NCBI GenBank assembly: GCA_013265495.1
Contig: MU058228.1
Span: 186,001 to 224,172 of the forward strand
Direction of reading: 5' to 3'
DNA from: Vicugna vicugna
Lineage: Eukaryota
DNA: 38,172 nt
Below the pieces are notes generated by a model, which did no database searches, was not told where the DNA came from, and saw nothing but the letters and a program-made list of their open reading frames with translations. The position numbers and the translations under genes were made by a program. Shown here one piece after another: positions 1 through 11,060 of the stretch. Position 1 is the stretch's first letter. Every line of letters starts with the position of its first letter.

Positions 1-280
1 CAGAGGATCTGGCTGATCCCCCTGGGCGGTGATGCCCTCAAGGACCCACGGCATATTGTGGCGTTTAGGGGCCACTGGCAGACTGGGCGACCCAGCCGTG
101 GCTGCAGCTAGACTGGCCGGGGTGAGTGCAAGTCCACGTGGCTGCGCCCATGTGGAGCCTCCAGCCCTGCTGCCATGGCCACTGTGTTTGTGAGTCTTTG
201 TCATGAATAAGAGTGGCTGAGAAAGTGCTGGCATCCACAGAATGGGTTAGCACTTGGACAGGGTGCCTCATTCCATGGAC
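1..280 (-). mobile_element. ERVL-like pol/integrase fragment (degenerate)
   Basis: The minus strand reads ...CACAGTGGCCATGGCAGCAGGGCTGGAGGCTCCACATGGGCGCAGCCACGTGGACTTGCACTCACC...GGGGATCAGCCAG, which resembles the ERVL integrase N-terminal region as I recall it. Boundaries approximate. Confidence 0.6.
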
Positions 281-435
281 ACTAGTAATTGGTATTTCTT
301 GTTTTCCTGTGAATATTTGCACATTTTTCATTGTATGCAGGATAGTTATGTTAGGCAGGAGGATGACTTTGTTGTGTTTGTGGTTACGCATGGTTTAAGG
401 AGATGTGTATTTGTGCCACTGACAGGAGATGGACT

Positions 436-1054
436 CTAGAGGTTTCTCAAATGTGTCAACTAGGCAAGGATGAGCCACATTTACCGGAATTGCCATTTTG
501 TGAGTTTATGGTTAAGGTGGGCCACAGAGGAGATTCTTAGGAAGATGCAGAGGACGGAGGGGAAGCCGGCATTTTTATAATTCGTAACACTGTTGCTGAT
601 CTGCTGGCTCCCTCCCTGGCATGAGGCAGTAGTGGGCCTGCAGTTACTCCACCTTCCTCAGGATCTTCCTGTTTAGCTTCTCTTACTTCTGGGCCAGGAG
701 TGTGTGTCTAGCCTCATTAAGTTGGGCCTTGGCCTTTGCGAGAAAACCACACCACCAATTCCAGAGGCAGTAAGTGATGTGGGTCTCAGTCTGTCCTTGT
801 GGGATTACACGTCATGTTGTGGGTTCCAGCCTGACCTTGATCTACCACAGTTTATGTCCATCGTCCCTTCCTGACTGCCTCCCCCATGGACCTCCAGTCC
901 AGCGTTAGACACAAAGATGACAGCCTTACATAGAATGCTTAACAGCTTTCTCAGTCAAGTAAGCCAAAATTCTGTACAACCATTAAATATGTACATACAA
1001 TTATGTACACATGTCTTAGTGGTTCAGCTTCTTTGGTTAAACCCTGACTGATAG
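436..1054 (+). mobile_element. ERVL-class LTR (LTR41/LTR33-like)
   Basis: 5' part TTCTCAAATGTGTCAACTAGGC...GGTTAAGGTGGGCCACAGAGGAGATTC and 3' end GTGGTTCAGCTTCTTTGGTTAAACCCTGACTGATA are typical of ERVL LTR termini. Subfamily named from memory. Confidence 0.55.
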
Positions 1055-1440
1055 AAGGAAAAATTTATATATATATATAATATTTACATTATACATACAG
1101 TTAGAGTATATATAGAAGGGGTGTGTGTGTATAAATATATATACATACTTAGAATATATGCATATATCCACATATATGTATGTACATCTATCTCCTCTTC
1201 AATGAGGAGAGACTCTTGTTTTGAAGGTAGGCACTTAATAGGGTCTAGACATTCTGGAATTTCAGAGTGATCATATTTGTGAACAGAGATTTGAAGTTCT
1301 CACCTTTAAAAAAACGGTTATTTCCATAATGAAAGCTGTTGAATACTTAGAAATAGAAAACATTCTCTTTAACAATTCTTTCACAGATCAAAAGCTGCTG
1401 CTTGTCAGGTGTGATGAACCCCAGTATTTCTGATTTGACA

Positions 1441-1467
1441 TTTCCTCTTCCCTTCCTGTTTCCCCAG
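1441..1467 (+). promoter_or_regulatory. Splice acceptor ahead of the olfactory receptor coding exon
   Basis: Polypyrimidine tract TTTCCTCTTCCCTTCCTGTTTCCCC followed by AG (1466-1467), 17 nt before the ATG. OR genes commonly have 5' non-coding exons. Confidence 0.7.
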
Positions 1468-1484
1468 GGACGGAGGAAGGGGGA

Positions 1485-2429
1485 ATGTGGCAGAGGAATC
1501 AGACCTCTCTGGCCAACTTCATCCTCGAAGGGCTCTTTGATGACTCCCTCACTCACCTTTCCCTTTTCTCCTTGACCTTGGTGGTCTTCCTCATTGCGGT
1601 GGGCGGCAACGCCCTCACCATCCTCCTCATCTGTGCTGACCCCTGGCTTCATACACCCATGTACTTCCTCCTGAGTCAGCTCTCCCTCATGGATCTGATG
1701 CACGTCTGCACAACCATCCCCAAGATGGCGACCAGCTACCTCTCTGGCGAGAAGTCCATCTCCTTTGTGGGCTGTGCAACGCAGCACTTCCTCTATTTGT
1801 CTCTGGGTGGCGCTGAGTGTCTTCTCCTAGCTTTCATGTCCTATGACCGCTATGTTGCCATCTGTCACCCACTGCGCTACACTGTTCTCATGAACAGAAA
1901 GGTGAGACTGATGATGGTCGCCATGTCTTGGTTGGGAGCATCGATAAACTCCCTAATTCACACAGCGATCTTAATGCACTTCCCTTTCTGTGGGCTTCGA
2001 AAAATCCACCACTTCTACTGTGAGTTTCCAGCTGTTGTGAAGTTAGTGTGTGGAGATGTCACTGTGTATGAGGCCACAGTGTACATCAGCACCATCTTAA
2101 TTCTCCTCCTCCCCATATCCCTGATTTCTACCTCCTATGCCTTCATCCTCCACAGCGTCATTCAGTTGCGTTCAGCTGGGAGTAAGAGAAATGCCTTTGC
2201 CACTTGTAGCTCCCACCTCACTGTTGTTTTCCTCTGGTTTGGTGCCTGCATCTTCTCGTACATGAGGCCCAGGTCGCAGCGTACTCCGTTGCAAGACAAA
2301 GTTGGCTCTGTGTTCTACAGCATCATTACTCCCACGCTGAATCCTTTGATTTATACTCTCCGGAACAAGGACGTAGCTCAGGCTCTGAGGAGAGTACTGG
2401 GGAGAGATATGATCACCAAAAGACTGTGA
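1485..2429 (+). CDS. OR2AE1: Olfactory receptor, family 2 (OR2AE1-like), intact, 314 aa
   Basis: Single-exon ORF with OR motifs LHTPMYFLLSQLS, MSYDRYVAICHPLRY, HHFYCEFP, KRNAFATCSSHL, PTLNPLIYTLRNKDV and an N-terminal NQT sequon. The MWQRNQTSLANF start and the position tail-to-tail with CYP3A match OR2AE1 as I recall it. Confidence 0.9.
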   Translation: MWQRNQTSLANFILEGLFDDSLTHLSLFSLTLVVFLIAVGGNALTILLICADPWLHTPMYFLLSQLSLMDLMHVCTTIPKMATSYLSGEKSISFVGCATQHFLYLSLGGAECLLLAFMSYDRYVAICHPLRYTVLMNRKVRLMMVAMSWLGASINSLIHTAILMHFPFCGLRKIHHFYCEFPAVVKLVCGDVTVYEATVYISTILILLLPISLISTSYAFILHSVIQLRSAGSKRNAFATCSSHLTVVFLWFGACIFSYMRPRSQRTPLQDKVGSVFYSIITPTLNPLIYTLRNKDVAQALRRVLGRDMITKRL

Positions 2430-2584
2430 TTGTGGCTACCCTGAGTATCAGACTGGAATGCACTAGGTTCCCTAAATTGGCTTGAGTGAACTTGGAAGAT
2501 TTTTCAAGGTGACTACTGAAAAATCAAAGTAGTTAACACACAGCTCTAGTAAGTTTGGTCTCAGGCACCTAAGCACTGTAGTGT

Positions 2585-2692
2585 CCTATCCTAGTCCTTT
2601 CAAGCTCCTGTAATAAAAGTACCACAGACGGGGTGACTTCAGCTCCAAACATTTATTTCTCACAGTTCTGGAGGCTGAGTCCAAGATCAAGA
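2585..2692 (-). mobile_element. MaLR LTR fragment (MLT1A/MST-like)
   Basis: ...AAAAGTACCACAGAC...CATTTATTTCTCACAGTTCTGGAGGCTG-AGTCCAAGATCAAG is the characteristic antisense MaLR LTR end. Confidence 0.7.
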
Positions 2693-2719
2693 TTTGAAAG
2701 CACTAGACATGTTCTCATT

Positions 2720-2990
2720 TCCTTGTGATCTCTTTGCAAATGTACCCTTGCCCAAACATACCTCTCTGACTCCCCTATTTAAACAGCACTCTTTACTCTG
2801 TGTCCCCGATTCTACCTTATCATCATACTTCGCACAACGTTTCATAATATGTTATATTCTACTTGCTTTCCACTTTATTAGAGCGGTAGCTTCAAGAGGG
2901 CAAGGAATGTACTTTGTTTACTGTTGTTTCACTAGAGCCAGGAAAGAGCCCGACATGAAATACTCAGTGGCTGTTCTGTTGCCTGGATTA
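2720..2990 (+). mobile_element. L2 3' fragment
   Basis: AGCTTCAAGAGGGCAAGGAATG...TTTGTTTACTGTTGTTTCACTAGAGCCAGGAAAGAGCCCGACATG..ATACTCAG resembles the L2 3' end. Confidence 0.5.
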
Positions 2991-3299
2991 ATAAACGAAA
3001 GTGACCAAGACTGTCTTACTATCTCACATGATATTGATGATCTTCAATTCAGAGCAGAAAGAGATTACAAAAATAAATAAAACAGTAGATGGCGTGGTAA
3101 GACTCATTTTCTAAGACAGCCGGCTATTAATCCCATGCAAATGCAGAGACACGACATCTCAGTGATCTTTCCTGGAGTCTGGTGGTCTGAGGGATGCCAA
3201 AGTGATGGGCAGATTTCTACATCCTGCTTTTCCTACTGGTTAAAAATGTTCAGCCTGGGGACCGTCTTCAGAAGAAAAACACTGAAGGTTTGTGAGCAA

Positions 3300-3690
3300 A
3301 GTTATGTCTTCTTTGACAAGTCTTTAGAAATAAACTTCTGGCATTCTCTGATAAGATGAGCTGCCCACCATGAGCTGGGTGTCATCTTACCCTAAAGTCC
3401 TAAGGTTGGTTTTGCCTCGTAACACTCCAATATCAAGTAGAAACGATGCCTGGATTTTTTTCTGAAGGTACAAGGGTGTTATATTTACAGCTGTGTCACA
3501 ACCCCAGTTAGAGAGAGATGGTTGTTCCTTTGCAACCATTCTCTCTCTACACACACAGCCGTGGCCTTGTCAGGAATGCTGTAAAAGTATTTGAGAACAA
3601 AACAACCTAAGCTAAGCTGATGGACGGTTATTCATATAATGCTAACATCTGTTAAAAGTAAATAGTATAGTGCTACATGACTCTCTCCCT
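3300..3690 (+). mobile_element. ERVL-like pol fragment (highly degenerate)
   Basis: GAGCTGCCCACCATGAGCTGGGTGTCATCTTACCC...AAGGTTGG...CACTCCAATATCAAGTAG resembles the ERVL pol tether/RNase H region. Confidence 0.5.
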
Positions 3691-3727
3691 TGAGAAGAGA
3701 TATAAGTCTATATAATTGTAATCATGC

Positions 3728-4045
3728 TTGATATATTCTGAATATTAACCCCTTATACAGGGTTTACAAATATTTTCTGTCATTCCATAGGTTGCCTTTC
3801 ACTCTGTTTATTTTGTCATTTGATGAACACAACTTTTAAGTTTTGATCTATTTCCATTTATCTATTTGTAGCTTTGTTGACTGGGGCTTTTGTGTCATAG
3901 CCAAGAAATCACTGCAAATGCAACGTCATGTAGTTTCCCCCCTGTATTTTCTTCTAAAAGTTTTATAGTTTTAGCTCTTGAATTACTTTTTTGATACATT
4001 TTCAGTTAAATTTTGTATACAGTATAAGGTAGGGGTTCAACTTAA
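3728..4045 (-). mobile_element. L1 ORF2 3' fragment, antisense
   Basis: TATATTCTGAATATTAACCCCTTAT...CCATAGGTTGCCTTTCACTCTG...GTATAAGGTAGGGGTTCAACTT is the antisense of L1 ORF2. Confidence 0.85.
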
Positions 4046-4049
4046 TTCC

Positions 4050-7008
4050 ACTTATAATAGAAATGAAATAGGATAAAACACTTAAGAATGAACTCATCCA
4101 AGGAAGTGAAAGATTTATACCCCGAAAACTACAAAACACGGCTGAAGAAAGTAAAGGGATGTAAATAAATGGAAAGATATCCTGTGTTCATGGATTCGAA
4201 GACTTAGCATTAAGACCTCATCACCCAAAGTGATCTACAGAGGCAATGCAACCCCTATCATAAGCTCAATGGCATTTTTTTCAGAAATAGAAAAACCTAT
4301 ACTAAAATTCATACGAAATGAAGAGACCCCAAATAGCCTACACAATCCTGGAAATGAATAAAACTGAAAGACCCACTGCTTCTGATTTTTAAACTTGTAC
4401 AAAGTTACAGTAATCAAAACAGCATGATAGTGGCATAAATATGGAGGTATAGACCAACAGAACAGAATAGAGACCTTGGAAAATTACCCTCACGTATGAT
4501 CAGAAGATTTTCAAGGATGCCGAGAATATTCAATGGGGAAAGGACAGTTTTTGTAATGAGTGATACTGGGAAAACTGGATACCCACATGCAAAAGAATGA
4601 ATTTGGACACTTACCTTACACCATACAAGGAATTAAATGAAAATGTATCAAAATCCTAAATGTAAGAGCTTAAACTAGGAAAGTCTTTGAAGAAAAGATA
4701 GCGGGAAAGCTTCATGATAAGAGGTTAACATCCAGAATATATAAAGAGTGACTACAATTGAAAGATGACAATAGAATAATCCAATTAAAAACTGGGCAAA
4801 AGACTTGTATAGACATTTTCCCAGACGAGTTATACAAACAGCCAACAAGCACATGAAAAGATGCTCAACCTCACTAATCATCTGGGATATGACTTAAGAA
4901 AAATCATCTCAAATTGGATTAAAGCCTTGAAAGAAAGACCTGAAACCGTAAAACATCTGAAAGAAAACATAAGGGATAAGGTCCTTGACATTAGTCTTGA
5001 CAGTAGTTTTTGGATATGGCACCAAAAGCGGAAAAAAAAACCCAAAAGCAAAAAGAAACAAGTGGGACTACATCAAACTAAAAAGCAGAAGCTTTTCATG
5101 ACAAAGGAAACCATCAAAAAATGAAAAGTCAACTTGGAGAACGGGAGAAATATTTGCAAATAATATATCTGATATGGGCTTAATATCCAAAATATATGAG
5201 AAACTGATACAACTCAACAGCAAAAACCCAAACAGTGCAATTTACAATTGGGCAGAGGAATTGAATAGACATTTTTCCAAAGTAGATACACAAAGGGCCA
5301 GCAGGAACATGAAAATGTGCTCAACATCACTAACCATCAGGGAAATGCAAATCAAAATCACTGTGAGAATCACCTCACACCTGTTAGAATGGTTCTTATC
5401 AAAAAGAAAAGAGATAAGCACTGGGGAAGATTTGGAGCAAAAGGAGTCCTTGTGTACTGTTGGTAGAATATAAATTGGTAGAGCTACTATTGAAAAGAAT
5501 ATGGAGGTTCCTCAAAAATTAAAAATAGAACTATGATGTGATCTGGCAATCTCACTTCTGGGTATATATCCATGGAAGTTAAATCACTATCTTGAAAAGT
5601 TATCTTCGCCCCCCGCTACCATGTTCATTGTAGTATTATTCACAGTAGCCAAGACATGGTAACAACCTATGTGTCTATCTATGGATGAACTGATAAAGGA
5701 AATATGGCATATATATGTGTGCATATACACACACACATACACAATGTTAGTGTGCCATAAATATTCAGCCGTAAAAAAATAAGGAATTCTTGTCATTTGT
5801 GACAACATGGATGGACCTTGAGGGCATGAAGCTAAGTGAATAAGTCAGACAGAGAAAGACAAATACTCTATGATATCACTTATATGTGGAACCAGAAAAA
5901 GTCCCTCAACTTCTAGATGTAGAGAACAGATTAGTGATTGGCAGAGTTAGGTCTGAGGGTGGGGGAAAAGGGTGAAAGTGACCAAAAGGTAAGTACTTCC
6001 AGTTGTAAGATAAATAGAAGGATATGATGTACAGTGTGGTGACTATAGTTAACAGTACTGAATTGTATATTTGAAAGTTGACAAGAGAATAGATCCTAAA
6101 AGTTCTTAAAATAAGAAAAAATTGTAACTATTTGAGGTGAATGAACTAAACTCATCGGGGTAATCATTTTGGAATATATACATATATCAAATCATTGTGT
6201 TGTACACCTTTGACTAATACAAAGGTGTCATTTAGACCTTAATAAAACAGGAAAAATAAATCTCATCTTGAAATAAGAATAAATAAACAAAATCATGATG
6301 AGATACCTCCTCATACTTATTCAGACTGTTATTATTAAAACAGCAGAGAAGAGCAAGTGTTGGTGAGAATGTGGAGAAACTGGAACGCTTGTGCACTGTT
6401 GGTGGGAATGTAAAATGGTGCAGCCAGTGTAGCCAACAGTTTGGTGGTTTCTCAAAAAATTAAAAATAGAATTACCATATGATCCAGAAATTCTACTTCT
6501 GGGTATATGCCGAAAAGAATTGAAAGCAGGATCTCAAAGAGGTATTTGTACACCCTTGTTCAGAGCAGCATAATTCACAAGAGCCCAAAAGTGGAAGCAA
6601 CTCAAGTGTCCACTGATGAATGAATGGATTAACAAAGTGTGGTAAATACACATACAAAGGAATATTATTCAGCCTTGAAAAGGAAGGAAATTTTGACACA
6701 TGCCACAACATGGATGAACCTTGAGGAAAACAAACCATTCATGAGAAGACACATACTATGTAATTCTTCTTCTGTTAGGTACCTAGAGTAATCAGATTCA
6801 TAGAGAAAGAAACTAGAATGATGAATCACAGGGCATGGGGAGTTGTTTCATGGGTACAGAGCTTTAGTTTTGGAAGATCAAAAGGGTTCTGGAGATTTGT
6901 TGCACATAGCATGAAGGTTCTTAACACTACTGAACTATAGACTTAAAATGCTCAAGATGGTAAATTTTATGTTATGTGTATTTTATCAAAATTTAAAAAA
7001 TTTATATA
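4050..7008 (+). mobile_element. Old L1 (L1MB-like) ORF2 3' part plus 3' UTR, interrupted by a nested L1
   Basis: ORF2-like sequence from 4050 to ~4887 (...TCACTAATCATCTGGGA) resumes at ~6288 (CAAAATCATGATGAGATAC...) and ends in an L1MB-type tail (CTGAACTATAGACTTAAAATG...GTAAATTTTATGTTATGTGTATTTTA) plus an A-rich run. Confidence 0.85.
4890..6285 (+). mobile_element. Nested 5'-truncated L1 (L1MA-like)
   Basis: A second copy of the ORF2 C-terminus (ORF remnants 4861-5124 and 5174-5473) with its own 3' UTR (GTGACTATAGTTAACAGTACTG...TGTACACC...AATAAAACAGG) sits inside the older L1. Confidence 0.8.
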
Positions 7009-7199
7009 AAAAACTTAGCTTGGGTTGAATACAGGGCACTCTCATCATTAATGAGATATTCATTTGGATTAAAAAGAAGGATATGACCCAAAAGCCTGCC
7101 ACAAATGTACATTTTATTAGGAAAAAACCCACGAGAAACATTCCCGCTAAAGCCAAGAATACAAAGCTCACAATTACTATTGTTGTTAAGCATTCTATT

Positions 7200-7800
7200 A
7201 AAGAATTTTGCTAATACAACAGGAAAGAAATCTGTATAAAGCTTGAGCAGGAAAAAAAACCTCTGTATTATTTTTCACACCTAGAATTCCAAAAAAGTCA
7301 ACTTACAAATAATAGGAGTCAACAAGTAAGCTCGAGAAATGTACGAGAAAAAATACATTACTTAACAACCCAAATAACCAGTCAGAAAATGTAAGAAAAC
7401 ATTAATATATAAAATGAAAATGCTGAGGTTATGGAGATAACACACTTCCCTGAGTGGGAAACATTTTAGTGCAAAGAGGTCAGTCCTTCAAATTAACTTT
7501 TAATTCAAAACTGTTTCAATTCAAATCTCTTACTGTGAAATACAGAATTTGCCAAGACAATTCAAAAAGACGAAAAGAAAATCTGTAAGAGCAAACACAA
7601 TACAACTGAAAAAGAACAACAATGAAAAACAGGTGCTGTCTGCTGTCGGGACATGCTATGAAATCCAAAAGTTAAAACAGCATGGTCTTCATTCAGAGAA
7701 AGAATCGTGAAAGAGCAGTGAGTGCAGAACACAGGTTTATACGTAAGAACACAGTTTATAATAACCATCACATTCCAAACCAAGGGGCAAAAACGACGTT
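7200..7800 (+). mobile_element. Very old L1 ORF2 remnant (L1ME-like)
   Basis: A-rich sequence with degenerate matches such as GAGTGGGAAACATTTTAGTGCAAAGAGGTCAGTCCTTCAAATTAAC...TTCAATTCAAATC. Confidence 0.5.
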
Positions 7801-7912
7801 AGGACAGTTAGGTGCCCCTGGCCAGGTGTGGGGAGAGAGCTCTCTAGGTATTGCTTAATTTTCAAGCTTTCTAAATGTCTTTTGAAATCCAAGAAGTAAA
7901 GCCTTAGAGTAT

Positions 7913-8827
7913 TTATTCGTCCCCAGAGTTTGTTTTCTCTCTTAATCTTGGCAGGGCCTTCTCTTCTGGCTTTAGGAGACTATTACAACACTTGGGGGCA
8001 AAGATGCATCCCAGTAACCCAGCACTGGAAGCCAAAGTGGAAAAGCTCTCCACAGCCACCACGACCTTCCCTCTGGGGCCGTAACACACAGGGAGGAGTG
8101 GGACCCAGACAGTGCAGGACACCAGCACGCCGAGCGTCAGGAACTTGGCGTCACTGAAAGTGGCAGGCAGACTCCTGGCCAGGAAAGCCAGGGTGTAGCT
8201 CGAGAGGGCCAGGGAGCCCATGGGTCCTAAGGTAAGGTAGAACACAGCGACCCGGCCCTGACTGCACGCGGTGATATTGAGGGTAGGCTCCGGATGTGTA
8301 TCCAGTCAACAAAAGGGGAAGAGGTTCCCAACCAGACTGCACAGAAAGTCACTTGAATCAGTGAGCAGATGGGAATGACTGAACTGGGTGCCCCTGGTAG
8401 CAACCACTGCCTCATCTTTCTCCCTGGTGTTGTGACCTTGAAAGCCAGGACTATAGTGATGGTTTTAGCCAAAATGGTGGAAAACAGCCACAGTGAACAC
8501 AACTGCAAATGCCATTTGTTGGAGGATGCAGGTGGCAGTGTTGGGACGGCCAACGAAGAGTAATGAGGAGAGGAAGCACAGGATGAGGGCGATGAGCAGG
8601 ATGTACCTGAGAACCCGGTTATTAGCCTTGACTATGGGGGGTGTCCCTATACTTCACAAAGACCCCTAGAACCACAGCTGTGAGGACAGACAGACAAAAG
8701 ACTGTGCAGGCAAGAACTATCCTCATAGAATCTTTGTAAGCCAAAAAAGTCACAAACTTTGAGAGGCAATGATCTTAATCACCATTTGGATATTGATCAC
8801 CTGGACAGTTCGTACCTTGCTTCACAT
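7913..8827 (-). pseudogene. Vomeronasal type-2 receptor (V2R, class C GPCR) pseudogene, terminal 7TM exon
   Basis: After acceptor CTTTTCTTGCCAG (AG 8829-8828) the corrected reading is (D)VKQGTNCPGDQYPNGD*DHCLSKFVTFLAYKD...[24 protein letters not shown]...[12 protein letters not shown]...[24 protein letters not shown]...LAFLARSLPATFSDAKFLT...ASSAGLLGCIFAPKC. Lesions: TAA at 8777-8775, +1 at 8636-8641, +1 at ~8481-8484, -1 at ~8303. Confidence 0.92.
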
Positions 8828-9462
8828 CTGGCAAGAAAAGCAAGGTGTCATTACCTTGGGTTCAGTGATTCTCATCAGCTCCCCAATATTCACATTTGAC
8901 CAAGCTGCTGTAATTTGACACCAAATAAAGGAATGTTACAGAGAGAAAAATTCCAAGTTCATGCTATTTTTTTCTTGGTATATCAAAGACCAAGGAGCCC
9001 TAACCTCACCTCTTTTGTTCATCTTCTGTATGCAACGGACAAAGTTTTTCTTACAAAAATTACACCCAATTATATCACTTAAACATGAACAGAGTAGGAC
9101 ATCTCCTGGATTCATTCTCTCAAGAGCAAACATGTATTAACAACCTGTGGTGACCCAGGTAATGCTCCAGGTTCAGCAGGCAGAGAGAGGACCAAGACAA
9201 ACTCTTAAGAAGCTTCAGATTTACATCATTTCTGCTATCCGCAACATTGCAAACCTATGTCCTGTTCACTTCAGTATTGTTTTCCAGATTTGAATAACTT
9301 GTATTTCAACAAAATAACTCCCTAATGAGTCTCCCTGTCTTGTCTTGAATCCCTCTCATCTACGATCCATCCGATCACACCTATTAACATTTCTGTTATT
9401 TAAATCCTTTCATATCACACCCTTCATTCAAATGCCACAGTTATTCTCATGTTCTTTTAGAG

Positions 9463-9635
9463 CAGTGATTCTCAAACACTAGCCTGAATTAGGATCATAT
9501 GGAGGGCTTGTTAAAGCAATCTGCTGGACCCCACCACCAGAGTTTCTGATTCAGAAACTCAGAATTTACATTTCGAACACACTCCCGAGTGACGCTGATG
9601 CTGTTGGTGTAGGTACCACACTTTGAGAACCACTG
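9463..9635. mobile_element. MER5A-like hAT-Charlie MITE
   Basis: Terminal inverted repeats CAGTGATTCTCAAA ... TTTGAGAACCACTG, flanked by TTTTAGAG / TTCTAGAT (degenerate 8-bp target site duplication, TSD). Confidence 0.85.
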
Positions 9636-9693
9636 TTCTAGATGGAGTCCAAACTCCTAGCTGTGCAAAAGAGGTCTGTTGTTATCTAGGTTC

Positions 9694-10174
9694 TGAGATA
9701 GGCTGAAACCTGGGGCCCTTTGCTGCAGTGCTTGCACCTGGACAAACGTCTCCTCCGCCAACAGAATACAAAGAACCTATAAGGGACTAGCAATCACTGC
9801 GTGCCTGTGCAGCTGGGGCAACTTGTGAACAACAAGAAACAAAAAGACCAAAAACTCAACTGCCACTTCTGAGGTGTCGGGAGCAAAAGCGGGGCACTGC
9901 GCATGATCCCTGCACACAGCACCACCAAGGGGGCGGGCCGACCACCTAAGCTGCCTCCTGGCCTGAGCCCCCAGAACCCGCTCCTACCTTCACCCCATGT
10001 AAGGGACCAGCTCGCCCCCCCACCCCAAATCAGGGAGCGAGCAAGGGAACTTGTTACTTGTTTTCGCTCCCTCGTGCTGCAGCGCAAGTCCCAGTAAAGA
10101 CTTGCCTGAATTTCTTGTCTGCCCGCTTATCAATTCCCATTGATTAGGGGGTGTAGGAACTCTGGTTGGTAGCA
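9694..10174 (+). mobile_element. ERV1-like solo LTR (481 bp)
   Basis: TG...CA termini (TGAGATAGGCTG ... GGTTGGTAGCA), flanks GTTC / CTTC (4-bp TSD, one mismatch), AGTAAA at 10093-10098, GC-rich relative to its surroundings. Confidence 0.8.
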
Positions 10175-10779
10175 CTTCCACCTGCTTCTCCTGCAGCACC
10201 TTTTTTTCCAAAGGGGTAGAGTAGAGAGAATAAAGAAACTAATTTTCTGTGATATTCCATGCAATTTGCTTGATGCAATAGATCTCCCTTAATTTTCACA
10301 ATCTTGGGAGGTAGGTAGATAGAAGAAACCACTTTGCAGAAGAAAAGAATTGAGGCTTTAAAAGCTGAAGTAACTCACCTGAGGTCTTGGTGGTAGCGTG
10401 AGCAGGGTTTCGGATCCAGGCTCTTGGCCAGGGGGCTGGACCAGGGTCAGGCAAATGGGACACCCAGAGGGGCAAAATTTAAGGAAGAATTCACTTCGTG
10501 GCACCAACCCTGCGCCTGCACGACTCCAGGTGCCCCTGTAAAGTTTGTACCCCTGGCACCTCACGTTCTTTACAGTAGCCCATGCCCTGTTCAAAACTGT
10601 CTGACTCCAGAGCCTGTGACTTTCCCATTACACATCTTTTGCTAGCTTTCACGTTCATCACAACCTTTTCTCTTAAAAGGCCGTCATTCTCTTAGAATTA
10701 CAGGGTTTACGTACATGTCCGTATTTTAATATTTTTTCTCCAAAGGAATTTCTCAAGATTTAATTTCCTACATGGATCA

Positions 10780-11060
10780 CTAAGAAGAAAACCACAGGCC
10801 AATCTCATTTCTAAAATGCTTGTAACTAAACTTTCCATAAAATCTTAGAGAAGATTAATCAAGTACATTAAAGAAATAGCATACCACAGCCAATTAGGGC
10901 TTTTGAAATGTTTTCAAGCGGAAGAACTTGAAGAAACATTCAACTTAAGAGTCAAGCAGAACTGAGTTCAAAATAATCCAAATATTGGCAAGAATTTTAT
11001 GCTGAATTATAATAAAAGCAAACTGTAAAATTCATGAAGCTTTCCTCTTTAAAAATAATG
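10780..11060 (+). mobile_element. Old L1 ORF2 reverse transcriptase remnant
   Basis: AAGAAGAAAACCACAGGCCAATCTCA...AAAATCTTAG...ACATTAAAGAAATAGCATACCACAGCCAATTAGGG resembles the L1 ENYRPISL...[18 protein letters not shown] region. Confidence 0.55.

Noticed and set aside
1347..1787. 146-aa minus-strand ORF
   Set aside because: Antisense shadow of the olfactory receptor coding sequence.
3728..4720. Twin-priming 5' inversion of a single L1
   Set aside because: The antisense piece covers ORF2 sequence that is also present in the sense piece (~4600-4720), so they look like separate insertions.
8936..9133. Cys-containing minus-strand ORF as V2R exon 5
   Set aside because: It lacks the SVCS..C.PG.RK...CCF.C..C pattern expected for that exon.
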